Shown here in pieces: positions 18,156 through 27,983 of a stretch of DNA of 64,000 bases. The notes below the pieces were generated by a model. It saw only the letters and a list, made by a program, of their open reading frames with translations, did no database searches and was not told the origin of the DNA. The stretch covers positions 65,737 through 129,736 of the forward strand of contig CAYZYV010000004.1 of NCBI GenBank assembly GCA_964482735.1, given 5' to 3'. Made by a program: the position numbers and the translations under genes. Source of the stretch: an uncultured Candidatus Saccharibacteria bacterium (lineage in GTDB: Bacteria; Patescibacteriota; Minisyncoccia; Phycocordibacterales; UBA9973). Positions within the stretch are counted from its first letter, which is position 1. Each line of letters starts with the position of its first letter.

Positions 18156-18250
18156 ATATGTAAATTATACCATAAATATATAATTTGAGATACTTGAGTC
18201 TTCCGATACTTTGTTTTTATTGCGGGGATACTCGTGTTAGGACTTTTCAC
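18156..18250 (-). promoter_or_regulatory. Second copy of the palindromic-operator promoter/leader
   Basis: About 75 percent identical to 17245..17345, including the palindrome and the -10 region. Confidence 0.45.
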
Positions 18251-18296
18251 TGACAAGCCCCATAAGGTTATTTTTAATAAATTTATTTTACCATAA

Positions 18297-18315
18297 CGAC
18301 GTATCTCGTGCGAAC
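18297..18315 (+). repeat. Putative att-like repeat L of the serine-integrase element (aacgacgtatctcgtgcga)
   Basis: It matches 21907..21925 (aacgacacatctcgtgcta) at 16 of 19 positions, and the pair bracket the integrase and its cargo. Confidence 0.4.
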
Positions 18316-18451
18316 CAAAAAAGTGACAAAAGTGACACTACTTAAGCATATAAAGTTACATATAAATGTCACTTTTTAACAATGATTATGAGACGAATCC
18401 ATAGTTCTGCATAGACTTAGCAAAACTATTGTTCTCTGACACCACTAGTAT

Positions 18452-19771
18452 ATGGAAACATATACAACAGCTAGGATTAATAAGGAAATATTGATTCAAG
18501 CACCAAAAATTAAATATGTATTGTATGCTCGTAAATCAACCGAATCAGAAGAAAGACAAGTGCTTTCTATTGATTCACAAGTTAAAGAAATGTTACAACT
18601 TGCTGAACGAGATGGTTTAGAAGTGGTTGAGATTAGAAGAGAATCACATAGTGCTAAAGAATCAGGTCAAAGACCTGTATACAGAGAAATATTAGAAGAT
18701 ATACGACGAGGTAGGTTTAATGGAATACTAACATGGGCACCAGATAGACTTTCAAGAAATGCAGGTGATTTAGGAAGTATAGTTGATTTAATGGATCAAC
18801 AATTGCTTTTAGAAATAAGAACATATGGGCAACATTTTAAGAATTCACCAAATGAAAAGTTTCTGTTAATGATTCTCTGTTCTCAGGCAAAACTTGAGAA
18901 TGATAACAAAAGTGTAAACGTAAAACGTGGATTAAGAACAAGGTGTGAAATGGGTTTGCGACCAGGAGTAGCACCAACTGGATACTTGAATGAAAAAAGA
19001 ACAGATAGGAAATGCCAAGCAATATTAGACCCAGAACGAGCACCAACTATCAAAAAGATGTTTGAGAAAGTAGCCTATGAACACTGGAGTGGGAGAAAAT
19101 TATATAACTGGCTTCGATTTGATTTAAACTTCAGAACATCTAATGGAAAGAAACATCTAAGTTTAGGCAATATATACAAGATACTAGATAATCCTTTCTA
19201 TTATGGAGTATTTGAATATCCTAAAAAATCTGGTAATTGGTATACAGGACAACACGAACCGTTAATAACAAAAGAATTATTTAACTTAGTCCAAGATCAA
19301 ATCAAAAGTAATGTGCTTCGAATTGAAAACAAAGAATTTGCCTTCACAAAAATGATGACTTGTGGACTTTGTGGATCTGGAATATCAGCCGACGAGAAGT
19401 TTAAGAAATACAAGAATGGAACTATTACAAGATATGTATATTATGGTTGTACTAAAGCTAGAGGTACCGACTGTAAATGTGGTTATACCGAAGAAAAAAA
19501 TATTCTCAAACAATTTGAGGAGTTAATTGAAAAAATAGATCTCAACGAGATCCAAATAAAAGAAAAAATAAAAGCTGATGTTGAAAAGTTCTCTAAAATG
19601 CAAAATTTCTTTTTAGGGACAAAAGAAAAACCCAAAATATCAAATATTGATATTCGAGGATATGCTAGATATGTATTGAAGGAAGGGAGTGATGTTGAGA
19701 AAAGAGAATTGTTGGGGTGTTTGAAAAGCAGGATATTGTTGAACAATAAGAAAATATCACTTTTGAGATAA
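18452..19771 (+). CDS. Large serine recombinase (phage-type integrase)
   Basis: N-terminal resolvase catalytic motif VLYARKSTESEERQVLSIDSQ, a recombinase domain, and a zinc ribbon CGLCGS...YYGCTKARGTDCKCGY. Confidence 0.85.
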   Translation: METYTTARINKEILIQAPKIKYVLYARKSTESEERQVLSIDSQVKEMLQLAERDGLEVVEIRRESHSAKESGQRPVYREILEDIRRGRFNGILTWAPDRLSRNAGDLGSIVDLMDQQLLLEIRTYGQHFKNSPNEKFLLMILCSQAKLENDNKSVNVKRGLRTRCEMGLRPGVAPTGYLNEKRTDRKCQAILDPERAPTIKKMFEKVAYEHWSGRKLYNWLRFDLNFRTSNGKKHLSLGNIYKILDNPFYYGVFEYPKKSGNWYTGQHEPLITKELFNLVQDQIKSNVLRIENKEFAFTKMMTCGLCGSGISADEKFKKYKNGTITRYVYYGCTKARGTDCKCGYTEEKNILKQFEELIEKIDLNEIQIKEKIKADVEKFSKMQNFFLGTKEKPKISNIDIRGYARYVLKEGSDVEKRELLGCLKSRILLNNKKISLLR

Positions 19772-19806
19772 TAGTAAAAATGATCATAAAATAGTATAAT
19801 CAGTAA

Positions 19807-19959
19807 ATGAGCCAGAGTATTACTAAGATTAAAAAAGAGATGGAAATAAAACTTGCAAAGCTTCGCTTGAAGCGTAAAAGTATCATTACTCAATTTAAAA
19901 AAAGAATTGAAAAAGAGAAAATTGATCAGATTAAAAATTCAATTTTAAATAAATAATTT
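19807..19959 (+). CDS. Possible small coiled-coil protein (50 aa)
   Basis: Open frame MSQSITKIKKEMEIKLAKLRLKRKSIITQFKKRIEKEKIDQIKNSILNK between the integrase and the cargo gene. It is below the ORF-track cutoff. Confidence 0.25.
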
Positions 19960-19960
19960 T

Positions 19961-21814
19961 ATGACAACACCAGAAGAACAAAATAAAATTGAAAATAATG
20001 AAATTCTAGCTACTGTTCCAGAAAATATAGAAGAAAAAGAAATCTCACCAGAGGAATTTTTAGAGATTGCAAATACAGAAGAACAAAATTTTAAACAAGA
20101 AACTACTAATGAAATAAGTAAACTTAATTCTGTTGAACTTGACCATCAAACTTTTGAAAATATTAAGAATGAAACGGGGGTAGAAATTGAATTAAATAAT
20201 CTTAATCAAGATGCAGTAATAGTTATAGAAGATTCTAAAAACCAAGTTGCTGGGACAGAAACTATAAACGAAGCAGAATATTCCACTGAAGATGATCCTC
20301 GTTTTCGTCAGATGTTAGAAAAAGAAGCATATTTTAGATTAAAAACGTATGATAAAGATTATTTTGATAAAAACTTTTCTGGGTTATCTGAGAAAGGATA
20401 TTTAATTGATCTTGATGGTAAAGAAACTATGTCTACCCCATTAATGAATATTGGAGGTAAAACAGGCGATTTAAATTATTCTGAATTTATTAATATTACG
20501 AAACAAAAGTTTTTTAACGAATATCCTGATGCTAAGGAAAAAGAAGATCAAAAATTAAAATTACAAGAAAGTGTAAAGAATGAAGAAATAAAAAAGATTT
20601 TTGAAAATCCAAACGAAGACCCATTCTTTAAAAACATCAGTGACGATGTAGATGCTTTAATGAAATACAAAAATAGTCCACGAGCATCTGTGTTTTATCA
20701 ACACATAGAGAAATTTGTAAAAGATAATCCAGAGAAAGCAAAAGCATATTTAAAATATGGAGAAGAAAATTATACTGATACAAATTCATATCAACCATCT
20801 TGGTATGAACAATTAAAACATGTAAGCCAATTTGTAAAATTAGATAATAAAAAAGAGGACAATACTTCCTCTAAGGAGGATATAAAAGAAACACAAAATA
20901 CTCCCGAGGTACAAGAAAAATATGAGAATAGAGAAGTTTCTGATGCTTTTAAAGAAGCTGGAATGCCCTTAGACTGGAAACTTGTTGGGATGTTAGAAGA
21001 ATCACAAGAACATCAAGGTGGTAGACGTGGCAGTGGTTTTACGCAAGCAAGTCGTTATATGGCAGATATTGTAAGAAGTGAACGTTCTAGTAAAGATTTT
21101 AAAATTTTTGATAATTCTTTTAGGGATGAAATTGAAGATGGATTTTTTAAAAATGGTAATCAAGATAAATTAAAAACCGTAGATTTTCGTGACTATGTTG
21201 ATAAAAACAAATTAAAAGAAATTTCTAGTAAAATAAAAGGACCAGGAAGTAAGATATTACTTGGAATGATTAGTGATATATTTAATTCTAATAATATAGA
21301 TACTAATTTATCACATCTTCCATCTTCAAAAGAAAAAATGGAAATAGGCACATGCACAACAGCAGAAAACTACTTTTTTGATTATATGAGAGGAAATACA
21401 ATGTATGGTGATAACTTTGAAAACAAAAGAGCAAAGATGAATATTTTTAAAGACGAAAAAGGAGAACCATTATTTATGGAAAAAATTGGATTAGGTGAAA
21501 ATCATTCAGCTATATCTTTAAAAGATTTTTATTTAAATGGCATTAAGATACCAGCAGGAAGTTTGGTTGCTTTGCAATATGACAAGCCAAGTGAAGGTAA
21601 ATTAACTAGTTCGGGAAATGGTAACATTTTAGATTCAAAAATATTACAAGCAGTTGAATTTTTAAGATTTACTACATTAGTAGTTAATCCAAAAGATCGT
21701 GAGCAAACTTTTGGAGAACATCTTAAATGGCAAAAAGAACAGGATATAAAGGGAGCAGAAGATTTAACCTTAAATGAAGTAATTGATAAATGTAAGAAAG
21801 AAGTGTCTGTTTAA
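19961..21814 (+). CDS. Large acidic hypothetical protein (cargo of the integrase element)
   Basis: 617 aa, E/D/K-rich, with no recognizable domain. Confidence 0.55.
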   Translation: MTTPEEQNKIENNEILATVPENIEEKEISPEEFLEIANTEEQNFKQETTNEISKLNSVELDHQTFENIKNETGVEIELNNLNQDAVIVIEDSKNQVAGTETINEAEYSTEDDPRFRQMLEKEAYFRLKTYDKDYFDKNFSGLSEKGYLIDLDGKETMSTPLMNIGGKTGDLNYSEFINITKQKFFNEYPDAKEKEDQKLKLQESVKNEEIKKIFENPNEDPFFKNISDDVDALMKYKNSPRASVFYQHIEKFVKDNPEKAKAYLKYGEENYTDTNSYQPSWYEQLKHVSQFVKLDNKKEDNTSSKEDIKETQNTPEVQEKYENREVSDAFKEAGMPLDWKLVGMLEESQEHQGGRRGSGFTQASRYMADIVRSERSSKDFKIFDNSFRDEIEDGFFKNGNQDKLKTVDFRDYVDKNKLKEISSKIKGPGSKILLGMISDIFNSNNIDTNLSHLPSSKEKMEIGTCTTAENYFFDYMRGNTMYGDNFENKRAKMNIFKDEKGEPLFMEKIGLGENHSAISLKDFYLNGIKIPAGSLVALQYDKPSEGKLTSSGNGNILDSKILQAVEFLRFTTLVVNPKDREQTFGEHLKWQKEQDIKGAEDLTLNEVIDKCKKEVSV

Positions 21815-21906
21815 TAAAAAATTGGTTAATTTTAAATAAATATCAATAAAACAAAAAAGAGTATTTAAAATACTCTTTTTTGTTTGCTAGTACATGTTTT
21901 TTATAA

Positions 21907-21925
21907 ACGACACATCTCGTGCTAT
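21907..21925 (+). repeat. Putative att-like repeat R of the serine-integrase element
   Basis: Paired with 18297..18315; it lies 10 nt beyond the 3' end of tRNA-Ser. Confidence 0.4.
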
Positions 21926-21935
21926 CACGACTCTG

Positions 21936-22022
21936 CGGAAGCGGTGAGATTCGAACTCACGAGGAGCTTTCACCCCTAACAGTTTTCAAGACTGTCTCGT
22001 TAGACCACTCCGACACGCTTCC
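21936..22022 (-). tRNA. tRNA-Ser (anticodon TGA)
   Basis: Acceptor GGAAGCG/CGCTTCC, anticodon loop CTTGAAA, long variable arm, T-arm GTGAG-TTCGAAT-CTCAC, discriminator G. Confidence 0.8.
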
Positions 22023-22037
22023 GCTACCAACATTACA

Positions 22038-22556
22038 CTATTTTGGTGTTTTTTTCAAGATACCCCTATTTTTTAATATATGTTCCTCGTAATGGCAGTT
22101 GGGGCAAAGAATTTCTAGATTTTCTTCTTTATTATCGTTTCTCTTCCTGTTTTTATGATGAATTTGTAGAATGCTTTGATTGCTGTATCCGCAACGTTCG
22201 CAAACCACCCCTCTCTTTTTAAACAATTTTATTTTTAGAGATCTTGCCTTTTTTGCGAGATCTTTTGGTCTACCAATTTTATAATTTATTCCTGTGCGAT
22301 ATATATTGGCGCACTTTCTACTACAAGTTTTCTTGTTTAAGCCAGACAAAATTGGGACACCACACACAAGACAGGGAATCTCTTTTCTACAATATATTCC
22401 ATAACATTTTTGACTACAGAATACAGTTCCATTTTTAATTTGGCCAGGTCTCCGATATATCTTCTTGTGACATATCTGACAAATGGTATTTGGTTTTCTA
22501 ATATATAATTCTTTCACTAATCCAGTATACCAAAAAAGTCTAGAATAATAAAACAC
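22038..22556 (-). CDS. HNH endonuclease (Cys-rich, probable homing-type) adjacent to tRNA-Ser
   Basis: C-terminal CERCGY...LQIHHKNRKRNDN...LEILCPNCH HNH motif, with multiple CxxC pairs upstream. Confidence 0.7.
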   Translation of the reverse strand: MFYYSRLFWYTGLVKELYIRKPNTICQICHKKIYRRPGQIKNGTVFCSQKCYGIYCRKEIPCLVCGVPILSGLNKKTCSRKCANIYRTGINYKIGRPKDLAKKARSLKIKLFKKRGVVCERCGYSNQSILQIHHKNRKRNDNKEENLEILCPNCHYEEHILKNRGILKKTPK

Positions 22557-22871
22557 CCTCGATTTGAATCGAAGGTGTTTTATTTATATTTTTGTTTTAA
22601 ATAATCCAAGCAACTCAGATGGTTTTTTCTTTGCGACAAGGAATATATAGATTATTTCAATAATACCGAAAGTATTTAATACTAATAATATTATAAACCA
22701 AAGTTTATGTCTTTTTTATGCAGCAATCCACAGACTAAGACCTTTCCAGGGAAGAACCCAAAAAATAGTTATAATTAAGAACCAAATACTGTTAGTTGAT
22801 ATAAAAGCTTCCATATAAATTACATTTTATCAAAAATGTTTTTTGCCTGCAATGTGTGATAATATATTGAT

Positions 22872-23318
22872 ATGAGATATCTAGGAATAGACTATGGAGA
22901 AAAAAGGGTGGGGCTTGCTATGTCTGATGACGATGGCAAGATTGCTTTTCCTTATAAAATTTTATTAAACAACCTAGAACTAAATGATGCCATCCATAAT
23001 ATTTGCGGACAGGAAGAAATTTCAGCGATCGTATTAGGGGAATCTTTTAACTCAAATGGGGAGAAAAATAAAATAATGGGCAGCATTGAAGAATTCAAGA
23101 AAAACATAGAAGGGGAGCTTGGTCTTCCTGTTTATTTAGAAAAAGAGTTTATGACTACTGTTTTTGCAAGAGAGTTGATGGGTGAGGCATCTGGCTTTTT
23201 GAAAAAAAACACAAAGATCGCAAAGAAGGTCGCTAAGAAAAAAATAGATAGCGCAGATGCTTCGGCAGCTACGCTAATTTTACAGAGATTTTTAGATAGA
23301 AAAAATATCAATAACTAG
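22872..23318 (+). CDS. ruvX: Holliday junction resolvase-like / pre-16S rRNA nuclease YqgF (RuvX)
   Basis: LGIDYGEKRVGLAMSD N-terminal RNase H-like motif; 148 aa. Confidence 0.8.
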   Translation: MRYLGIDYGEKRVGLAMSDDDGKIAFPYKILLNNLELNDAIHNICGQEEISAIVLGESFNSNGEKNKIMGSIEEFKKNIEGELGLPVYLEKEFMTTVFARELMGEASGFLKKNTKIAKKVAKKKIDSADASAATLILQRFLDRKNINN

Positions 23319-23355
23319 AAAAACAAAAAACTACGCAAGTCTGACCTTGTGTAGC

Positions 23356-23859
23356 TTAAAGTATTTCACCCAGATATCTCCACAGAGAAAATCCAGTATA
23401 TAGGAAAATGTGATAATAAATTTGTATTAGTAATATGTTTCTTAAGAAAGACCATTTGATATTCTTTCCTGAGAAGCCATTGTACAATCCATAACCATTC
23501 CTGTAACAAATCACCGGGAGACCTGGATTCTTAAAAGACAGCAATAATCCAAGGATAAACCTACCTTTATTTATCCACTTAAGAATAAAATGAATAAGTT
23601 TGTTTGCGTCCGGTATCTCTTCATTAAGAGACATAGCTTTTTTGAGCGTCTCTATAAATAAGAAATCTTTTTTATACTTATCGTACAAAGTTACAGACAT
23701 GACACCTATTACTAAGTAGATCAGAATTGTTGTCACTAAGCTGGTGATGTATCCAAATTTAATTATCAGGAAGGGGGTTAACCCTATATCTATAATCTCT
23801 TTAACTGCAAGGTTAAGGAGAAATATAGATCCAAAACGGACTATTTTTACGTTCTCCAT
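23356..23859 (-). CDS. Hypothetical membrane protein
   Basis: 167 aa with 3-4 TM segments; no motif recognized. Confidence 0.4.
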   Translation of the reverse strand: MENVKIVRFGSIFLLNLAVKEIIDIGLTPFLIIKFGYITSLVTTILIYLVIGVMSVTLYDKYKKDFLFIETLKKAMSLNEEIPDANKLIHFILKWINKGRFILGLLLSFKNPGLPVICYRNGYGLYNGFSGKNIKWSFLRNILLIQIYYHIFLYTGFSLWRYLGEIL

Positions 23860-23927
23860 AACCTTTAGTTTTTAATGATTTTTACCCATACTAGCACACT
23901 TTTAAAATTTTTGCTTTAGAGTAAATT

Positions 23928-24299
23928 TTGTCGTATATTATAAAAATGGAATACATATCTTATGAAGAATTTAAAAAAATGGATATCAGGGTTGGAACGA
24001 TTAAAGAAGTAAAGGAAGTTCCAGAAACAGACAAGCTTCTTTGTTTCCAAATAGACTTTGGAGAAGTTGACGAAGAGGGAAATAAGAAGCTTCGTCAAAT
24101 AGTTTCTGGCCTTCACGAATATTATCCTGATTTCGAGAAGTTGGTAGGTAAACAACTCTTATATATTATTAATCTAGAGCCAAGAAAAATAAAAGGTTAT
24201 GAATCGAACGGGATGCTCATGGCTGTAGATGGGGTAGATGGTCGTCCTATTTTCTTGGTCCCAGAGACCGAAGCACTTTCTGGAGCTCGGGTTCACTAA
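23928..24299 (+). CDS. tRNA-binding domain protein (Myf/EMAP/CsaA-like OB fold)
   Basis: MDIRVGTIKEVKE...KLLCFQIDFGE...NLEPRKIKGYESNGMLMA pattern. The start may instead be the internal Met at 23946. Confidence 0.65.
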   Translation: MSYIIKMEYISYEEFKKMDIRVGTIKEVKEVPETDKLLCFQIDFGEVDEEGNKKLRQIVSGLHEYYPDFEKLVGKQLLYIINLEPRKIKGYESNGMLMAVDGVDGRPIFLVPETEALSGARVH

Positions 24300-24372
24300 A
24301 TTTTGTGCAATTTTAAAAGAGCAACTTGTGTTGCTCTTTTAAAATATTTTTCTAATTATTTAAAATAAATAT

Positions 24373-24918
24373 CTATCCGATTTGTTCTTTCTTGTTTTTT
24401 AATAATCCTTTAGCACCTACCACACCCTCATATACACCAAGTGCGGTAATAATAGCCATAGCAACTCCTGTTCCCATTACTCCACCTGAAGTTTCGAAGA
24501 ATGTATCATTGTTCTGTGCAACCTCCAGTGCTTTTTCTAAAGCACCACCCGCAAGAGCTGTCACTGTGGCACTTCCTGTCAAAACCAAAAAACCATTCAT
24601 TAGTTTATCTAAATTGGTTTTAAGTTTTGATTGTTCATTATCTGTTAGTATTTCAAAATATTCTGGATTTTCAGAATATTCCTTTAATACTTCTTTTGCC
24701 CCATTAATATTTTTTTGAATATCTGGTAATTTTTCTATTTTTTGTTCAGGTTTAAAATTCTCCATAACCTTAGTTTTTTTCTTAGATATTAAAATAGACC
24801 TTACTTCTGACAGTGTGTTGTCTAGTTCTTTTAGAAAAGAAGAAACTTCTTCCTCGCTCGCTTGATTATCTCTAATCTTTTGGCTTAGTTTTTTAAATTC
24901 CTCTGTATTCATATACAA
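24373..24918 (-). CDS. Hypothetical protein with C-terminal glycine-zipper membrane segment
   Basis: 181 aa; the C-terminus LTGSATVTALAGGALE...TGVAMAIITALGVYEGVVGAKG is Gly/Ala-rich. Confidence 0.4.
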   Translation of the reverse strand: MYMNTEEFKKLSQKIRDNQASEEEVSSFLKELDNTLSEVRSILISKKKTKVMENFKPEQKIEKLPDIQKNINGAKEVLKEYSENPEYFEILTDNEQSKLKTNLDKLMNGFLVLTGSATVTALAGGALEKALEVAQNNDTFFETSGGVMGTGVAMAIITALGVYEGVVGAKGLLKNKKEQIG

Positions 24919-25111
24919 AGTATTATATACCCCCTACTTTTTTATACAAACACAGATAGAAAATTGATTTTTGCGTTTATTTTTTAAAATACAAATTTAT
25001 TTAGAATAAGCTCCACCATTCTTGTAAAAATCTACATCTTGCAATTTTATACAAAATGTGTTATTATATGATTTAATTAAGTTATATTTACAAATAAAAA
25101 AGGAGGTAAAA

Positions 25112-26362
25112 ATGAATGATCCGTATGCAGGATTTACCAAGTCCGTTCTTTCTAATGGGCTTGAGGTCCATTCTGTTTTTTGGGATCGTCCTTGGATAGT
25201 AGTGGAAATTGTTGTTCACAGTGGCGGGCGAGAGGATCCAATGACTATGCCAGGGCTTGCCCACTTTGTGGAACATGTTGTTTGCGAAAACATTCCTGGC
25301 CGAGAGTTTAATTTTGTCAAAGAGTTCTTCGAGAACTGTGGTGGGCGAGCCCATTTTGGAAGCACATGCTATCTCTCTACCCAATATAGATTTAGTATTC
25401 CTACTGACCACACTCTCTTTCGTGAAGCCCTTTCGATTTTTGGATCGATGCTTCTTGACGTTCATATTGATAAGAATGTGGAACGTGAACGCAATGTTAT
25501 CTTCCGCGAATTCAATGGACGATACCCATTTATTGAAAAACTGGATTGGGACATGTCTATTCGAAGATCACTGTTTAAAGGACACCGTCTTGAAACGTGG
25601 AATCGACCTCTTGGTCGCCCCGAGGGTTTTCTTTCGATTAAGGAATCAGACCTTCAGGAATTCTATGACAAACATTACGTTCCGGCGAACATTAGTTTGG
25701 TAATCGTCGGCGGTTTTAAAACCGAAGAGTTGATTGCTGAGCTAGAAACGAGTTCTTTTGGGATGGTAAAAGATGGTGTAAGAAATTCGATTCCACAACC
25801 ACCATATCAAATTCAAATTCCTACAGAAAAGTCAAAAACTGTGAAATTATCTGACCACTCTAGTTTTAAGACTGATCAGACAGAATACAGTGCGACATGG
25901 GCTTTTCCAGCTGATTTCCCGTGGCAGTCACGCAGAGTTTTTAACCAAATGCTTCGAGATGTTCTATTCCATGAGATTCGTGAAAAAAGAAGTCTCGCCT
26001 ACAGTATAGGAACGGACTATACAAACTTCCAGGATGTATATGAATATGTTATTGGAAGTAGAATTAACCCTGATGCCACTCCATACATTGATGAACTTGT
26101 TCGGAAATGTATTGAAATGGTTCCGTCGAGGCGTGATTTGTTCGAGCGTAAACTCAGGTCACTTAAACAGAGTTATCGGATGGTTGATCTTTCGGGGCGA
26201 GATTTAGCCAACCTCTCAGCTAGAGATTTGTCTTCGGACTATAGAATTGTTACCTTACAAGAAGAATTGGATGATTTAAACAAGGTAACGTTTGATCAGA
26301 TGACCGAAGTAGCTGCCATTCTCTGCCCAGAGAACCAATACACTTTCATCGTTTGTCCTTAA
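25112..26362 (+). CDS. M16 (pitrilysin/insulinase) family zinc peptidase
   Basis: Inverted zinc motif HFVEH (HxxEH). The start is set at ATG 25112, preceded by an AGGAGG RBS. About 416 aa. Confidence 0.65.
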   Translation: MNDPYAGFTKSVLSNGLEVHSVFWDRPWIVVEIVVHSGGREDPMTMPGLAHFVEHVVCENIPGREFNFVKEFFENCGGRAHFGSTCYLSTQYRFSIPTDHTLFREALSIFGSMLLDVHIDKNVERERNVIFREFNGRYPFIEKLDWDMSIRRSLFKGHRLETWNRPLGRPEGFLSIKESDLQEFYDKHYVPANISLVIVGGFKTEELIAELETSSFGMVKDGVRNSIPQPPYQIQIPTEKSKTVKLSDHSSFKTDQTEYSATWAFPADFPWQSRRVFNQMLRDVLFHEIREKRSLAYSIGTDYTNFQDVYEYVIGSRINPDATPYIDELVRKCIEMVPSRRDLFERKLRSLKQSYRMVDLSGRDLANLSARDLSSDYRIVTLQEELDDLNKVTFDQMTEVAAILCPENQYTFIVCP

Positions 26363-26579
26363 AACAAGGCAGAGACCGTTGAACCAAAAACTCAACGGTC
26401 TTTTTGTATCTAATTAACTTTTCGATTCCTTGGACCATAATTTGGTCAGGAATAATTTTGTTGTCGTCACAACAAAATTTTCACGACCCTGACTCGCGAT
26501 TTTGTCCGTTGACAAAATTATCGCTCCGTCTCACAAAAGCAAAAAAGAGCAAAGAAGTTTGCTCTTTTTAAATAGAACA

Positions 26580-26705
26580 GGGTGATCACGAGTCACTAAA
26601 TATTTTGCTTCAAGTATTCTCAAAATATGTAAGTGCTCGCGACCCCGGCTCATGGTTTCGTCTGCTGACGAAACATCACTGCGCCCGCACAAACTGCCCG
26701 CAGAT
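26580..26705. other. GC-enriched structured intergenic segment (possible ncRNA, unassigned)
   Basis: The local GC content is clearly above the flanks, with several stem-loops (gtttcgtctgctgacgaaac, gcagataaagaagtttatctgc). No family was identified. Confidence 0.2.
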
Positions 26706-26737
26706 AAAGAAGTTTATCTGCTTTTTGCAATTTGTGC

Positions 26738-26765
26738 CCCCGCGAGGAATCGAACATTACATGTT
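26738..26765 (-). repeat. Duplicated 3' fragment of tRNA-Arg(TCT) (T-loop plus acceptor 3' strand)
   Basis: gtgcccccgcgaggaatcgaac repeats 26879..26901 exactly, and no upstream tRNA body accompanies it. Confidence 0.5.
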
Positions 26766-26875
26766 CAGTGCAGGTTATTGATATTTTATTTCGCTAGCTC
26801 ATAAAATATCTAATTAACCTTTTCGATTCCTTGGACCACAAAAAAATTACCGGCATAAAACCGATAATTTTTTCA

Positions 26876-26950
26876 TGGTGCCCCCGCGAGGAATCGAACC
26901 TCGAATAACGGCTTAGAAGTCCGCAGTTATATCCATTTAACTACAGGGGC
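26876..26950 (-). tRNA. tRNA-Arg (anticodon TCT), CCA encoded
   Basis: Acceptor GCCCCTG/CGGGGGC, anticodon loop CTTCTAA, T-arm CGAGG-TTCGATT-CCTCG, 3' ACCA. Confidence 0.75.
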
Positions 26951-26967
26951 ATCTGTAAAACTTACTG

Positions 26968-27040
26968 TGCGCGGTAAGAGACTTGAACTCCTGACCTTCC
27001 CGGTGTAAACGGGTTGCTCTACCAACTGAGCTAACCGCGC
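26968..27040 (-). tRNA. tRNA-Val (anticodon TAC)
   Basis: GCGCGGT-TA-GCTC-AGTTGGTA-GAGC...TTTACAC...TTCAAGT...ACCGCGC-A cloverleaf. Confidence 0.85.
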
Positions 27041-27083
27041 ATTTTTTGTATTATTATTTAAACCAACGATATTATGTGTTTCT

Positions 27084-27115
27084 CACGGGTCGCTACAACT
27101 GAGCTAACCGCGCGT
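27084..27115 (-). repeat. Duplicated 5' fragment of tRNA-Val (acceptor plus D-arm)
   Basis: gggtcgctacaactgagctaaccgcgcg resembles tRNA-Val positions 1-30, with no matching 3' half. Confidence 0.45.
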
Positions 27116-27181
27116 TATTTTGTTGGTAATTGAATCATATCATATTTTCAAAAAAACTCAATAATGTGCTAGGATGTCGTT

Positions 27182-27976
27182 ATGAAGATAGATATTTTAT
27201 ACGAAGATAAAGATTTAATGGTTTTAGATAAACCTGCGGGAATTGCTGTACACGGAGACGGTAAGAATAAAAAAGAAAAGACTGTTGCTGATTGGATTTT
27301 AGAAAATTATCCTAAATTAGAAAAAGTAGGGGAGCCCATGGAAATAGAATACAAGGGAGAAAACATAAAACTTTCTCGCCCCGGGATAGTTCATCGTTTA
27401 GACAGAGAAACATCAGGAGCTTTGCTTGTAGCCAAAAATCAAAAAACATTTTTATTTCTTAAAAATCAATTTCAAAACCACGAAGTGAAAAAAACTTACC
27501 GTGCTTTTGTTTATGGTTTTGTTACTGACCCCAAAGCTTCTTTGGCGACAGGTAAGAAGGGTATTATAAATGCTCCTATCGGACGTTCGTCAAATGATAT
27601 TAGGGCTTACACTGCAGGACGAGGGGCAAAGGAACCTGTTCGTGATGCTATAACCGAGTACATAATTTTAAAAAAGTTTTCTGACACGAAAACCGAAGAA
27701 GGCAGGAAGAACCAAGAACATCAATTTACATATGTTGAGGCTTATCCTAAAACAGGACGCACCCATCAGATACGTGTTCATATGAGGTATATTAATCACC
27801 CTGTAGTTTCAGATCCTATTTACAGAGGTTCAAAAGAAAAATCCTTAGGTGTGAACAGACTAGCTCTTCATGCGTATTCAATAAATTTCATATTGCCAAA
27901 CGGTGAGCGAAAAACAGTCATTTCTCCTTTACCTGTAGATTTTGAGAAGGTTGTAAAGAAATACAGCCTAGAATAA
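27182..27976 (+). CDS. RluA-family pseudouridine synthase
   Basis: Catalytic [16 protein letters not shown] motif, with KPAGIAVHG upstream. Confidence 0.8.
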   Translation: MKIDILYEDKDLMVLDKPAGIAVHGDGKNKKEKTVADWILENYPKLEKVGEPMEIEYKGENIKLSRPGIVHRLDRETSGALLVAKNQKTFLFLKNQFQNHEVKKTYRAFVYGFVTDPKASLATGKKGIINAPIGRSSNDIRAYTAGRGAKEPVRDAITEYIILKKFSDTKTEEGRKNQEHQFTYVEAYPKTGRTHQIRVHMRYINHPVVSDPIYRGSKEKSLGVNRLALHAYSINFILPNGERKTVISPLPVDFEKVVKKYSLE

Positions 27977-27983
27977 AGGGGGA

